Positions 63,041-64,000 of a stretch of 64,000 bases of DNA are shown in pieces. The notes beneath the pieces were generated by a model. The model saw only the letters and a list, made by a program, of their open reading frames with translations. It did no database searches and was not told the origin of the DNA. Position 1 is the first letter of the stretch, and each line of letters begins with the position of its first letter. This DNA comes from Patescibacteria group bacterium (GTDB lineage: Bacteria; Patescibacteriota; Microgenomatia; UBA12405): NCBI GenBank assembly GCA_018902845.1, contig JAHIPV010000017.1:16438-80437 (forward strand), given 5' to 3'. The position numbers and the translations under genes were made by a program.

Positions 63041-64000
63041 ATGTGGCAAATCCTTGATTATCTTAAAAAAGGGAACAGTCCCCAAAAACTAACTATTTTC
63101 ACCAGAAAAAAGAAAATATACCTATTAATCCGCTTTAAAAAAGAAACCCAACTGGCAGTGTCAATAAACGGGCTGGACTTTAAAAAAACTGAAATATCCA
63201 AAAAAATACTGAAATATTTTTCAAAAAACGAAAAAAGAAAAATTATAGATAAATACATTTACGAATCAAGCCTGGCTCCTGGAAGTGAGCATCTAAATAT
63301 CCACGATTTAACAATAGAAAAAGACATAAAGACAAAAGATGGAATTTTACTTTTTTACCATCATCACAAAGATGGAAAAATCGAAGTGGGAACATTAATA
63401 ACCGATGTCACCGATCCGGGAAAAGTAAGGTGGAGACACAACCAACCTGTTTGGGAAAGTCCAAATGATTGGAAAAACAAAAACCCAACTTTCATAGATC
63501 TAGTCAAAACCTCCAGAAGATATATTGCTTACTGGTGGCTAAAAAAAACAGGCCTTTTTGCCATAACTTACCCCAAATACAAAATTGAAAAACAAATTGA
63601 AATAAAACAAAAACACTACTTACACAAAATCCCCAATAACCCTATCATCGCCCCAAAGGCAAAAAACGGTTGGGAAGCCTTCACTACTTTCAACCCCGCT
63701 GCTATTTATGAAAGCGACAAAGTACATATTCTATACCGCGCTCAAGGTTTTGATTATAAATCAATCCTGGGTTACGCCAATAGCACTAACGGAACTCACA
63801 TAACAGAAAGGCAAAGCTATCCAGCTTATATACCAGGCGAAGCATTTGAAAAAAAGCATAGTCACCCAAAAGGTGGGAAAAAAAGAAAAAGAACTTTACA
63901 AAAGTATATGTCAGGAGGAGGTTGCGAAGGTTGTGAAGATCCCAGAATTACCAGAATTGGAAATAAAATTTATATGACATATGTAGCCTTTAACGGATAC
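63041..64000 (+). CDS. GH130-like (beta-mannoside phosphorylase/DUF377 fold) protein with an N-terminal extension of about 180 aa. The ORF runs off the 3' window edge.
   Basis: Own translation from the ATG at 63041 has no stop to 64000. 'NPIIAPKAKNGWEAFTTFNPAAIY...ILYRAQGFDY...GGGCEGCEDPRITRIGNKIYMTYVAFNGY' fits the GH130 N-terminal blade and EDPR motif. This ORF is absent from the supplied track. Confidence 0.55.
   Translation, partial: MWQILDYLKKGNSPQKLTIFTRKKKIYLLIRFKKETQLAVSINGLDFKKTEISKKILKYFSKNEKRKIIDKYIYESSLAPGSEHLNIHDLTIEKDIKTKDGILLFYHHHKDGKIEVGTLITDVTDPGKVRWRHNQPVWESPNDWKNKNPTFIDLVKTSRRYIAYWWLKKTGLFAITYPKYKIEKQIEIKQKHYLHKIPNNPIIAPKAKNGWEAFTTFNPAAIYESDKVHILYRAQGFDYKSILGYANSTNGTHITERQSYPAYIPGEAFEKKHSHPKGGKKRKRTLQKYMSGGGCEGCEDPRITRIGNKIYMTYVAFNGY

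Noticed and set aside
63058-63258. 66-aa minus-strand ORF listed in the track
   Set aside because: Overlaps the long plus-strand GH130-like frame that is open from 63041 to the window end. Phe/Leu-rich antisense product.
1-64000. CRISPR array, retron or DGR
   Set aside because: No regularly spaced identical repeats of 25-40 bp with unique spacers were seen. No reverse-transcriptase motifs (YxDD) in any ORF, and no template/variable repeat pair. The iteron and repeat-family elements have irregular spacing and conserved, non-spacer-like interiors.

Overview
This is a 64 kb window of a low-GC genome (roughly 30% GC by eye). It is probably a Patescibacteria/CPR-type bacterium: minimal division and cell-wall gene set, many GT-C/GT2 glycosyltransferases, few recognisable metabolic genes. 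The standard genetic code fits (dnaE gives an intact 1140-aa ORF). A conserved core is interrupted by accessory DNA.

- **1-14.8 kb, core:** a division/cell-wall (dcw) cluster: PLP-enzyme tail, ATP-grasp, ftsW, a secreted dockerin-repeat protein, murG, ftsQ-like, ftsA, ftsZ. Then ileS, a second SEDS protein, rplU, rpmA, parB, lepB and tRNA-Val.
- **14.8-33.3 kb, accessory/mobile region immediately after tRNA-Val:**
  - cargo-like genes: an LCAT/PGAP1-type lipase, a stand-alone FtsH-like M41 peptidase domain (no AAA module), and a PMT/ArnT-like GT-C next to a GT2;
  - replication and integration genes: a plasmid/phage-like replication module (wHTH Rep-like gene with iteron-like repeats, CHC2 zinc-finger protein translationally coupled to a DnaB-like helicase), an excisionase-like HTH, a large serine recombinase and a terminase-small-like HTH protein;
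  - a complete Type I R-M system (hsdMSR) that looks GC-richer than its flanks.
- **33.5-52.9 kb, cell-surface region:** a Cys-rich secreted peptide, then a lipid-linked glycosylation locus (fused double GT2, ArnC/DPM1-like GT2, LAB_N-like small membrane protein, two tandem paralogous GT-C membrane proteins, a secreted TIM-barrel hydrolase), an XRE regulator, and a block of six unannotatable secreted/membrane proteins ending in a HEPN-like gene. Two GT2s and an O-antigen-ligase-like gene follow, then tRNA-Thr and tRNA-Gly.
- **53-64 kb, core:** LysM protein, ArsR, GIY-YIG nuclease, tRNA-Asp, PolX, lemA, htpX, dnaE, rplS, tRNA-Lys, lgt, and a 3'-truncated GH130-like phosphorylase.

The strongest structured non-coding signal is a modular family of intergenic repeat elements, present at 8 or more loci. 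Copies share a conserved 5' 'TGTCAT(T/C)GCGAG' end and usually a conserved 'CGTGGCAATCCCGT' or 'CGGGATGACA' 3' end, with variable GC-rich hairpins between. One pair brackets rplU as a perfect 12-bp inverted repeat and supplies its stop codon.

No CRISPR array, rRNA or reverse transcriptase was seen.
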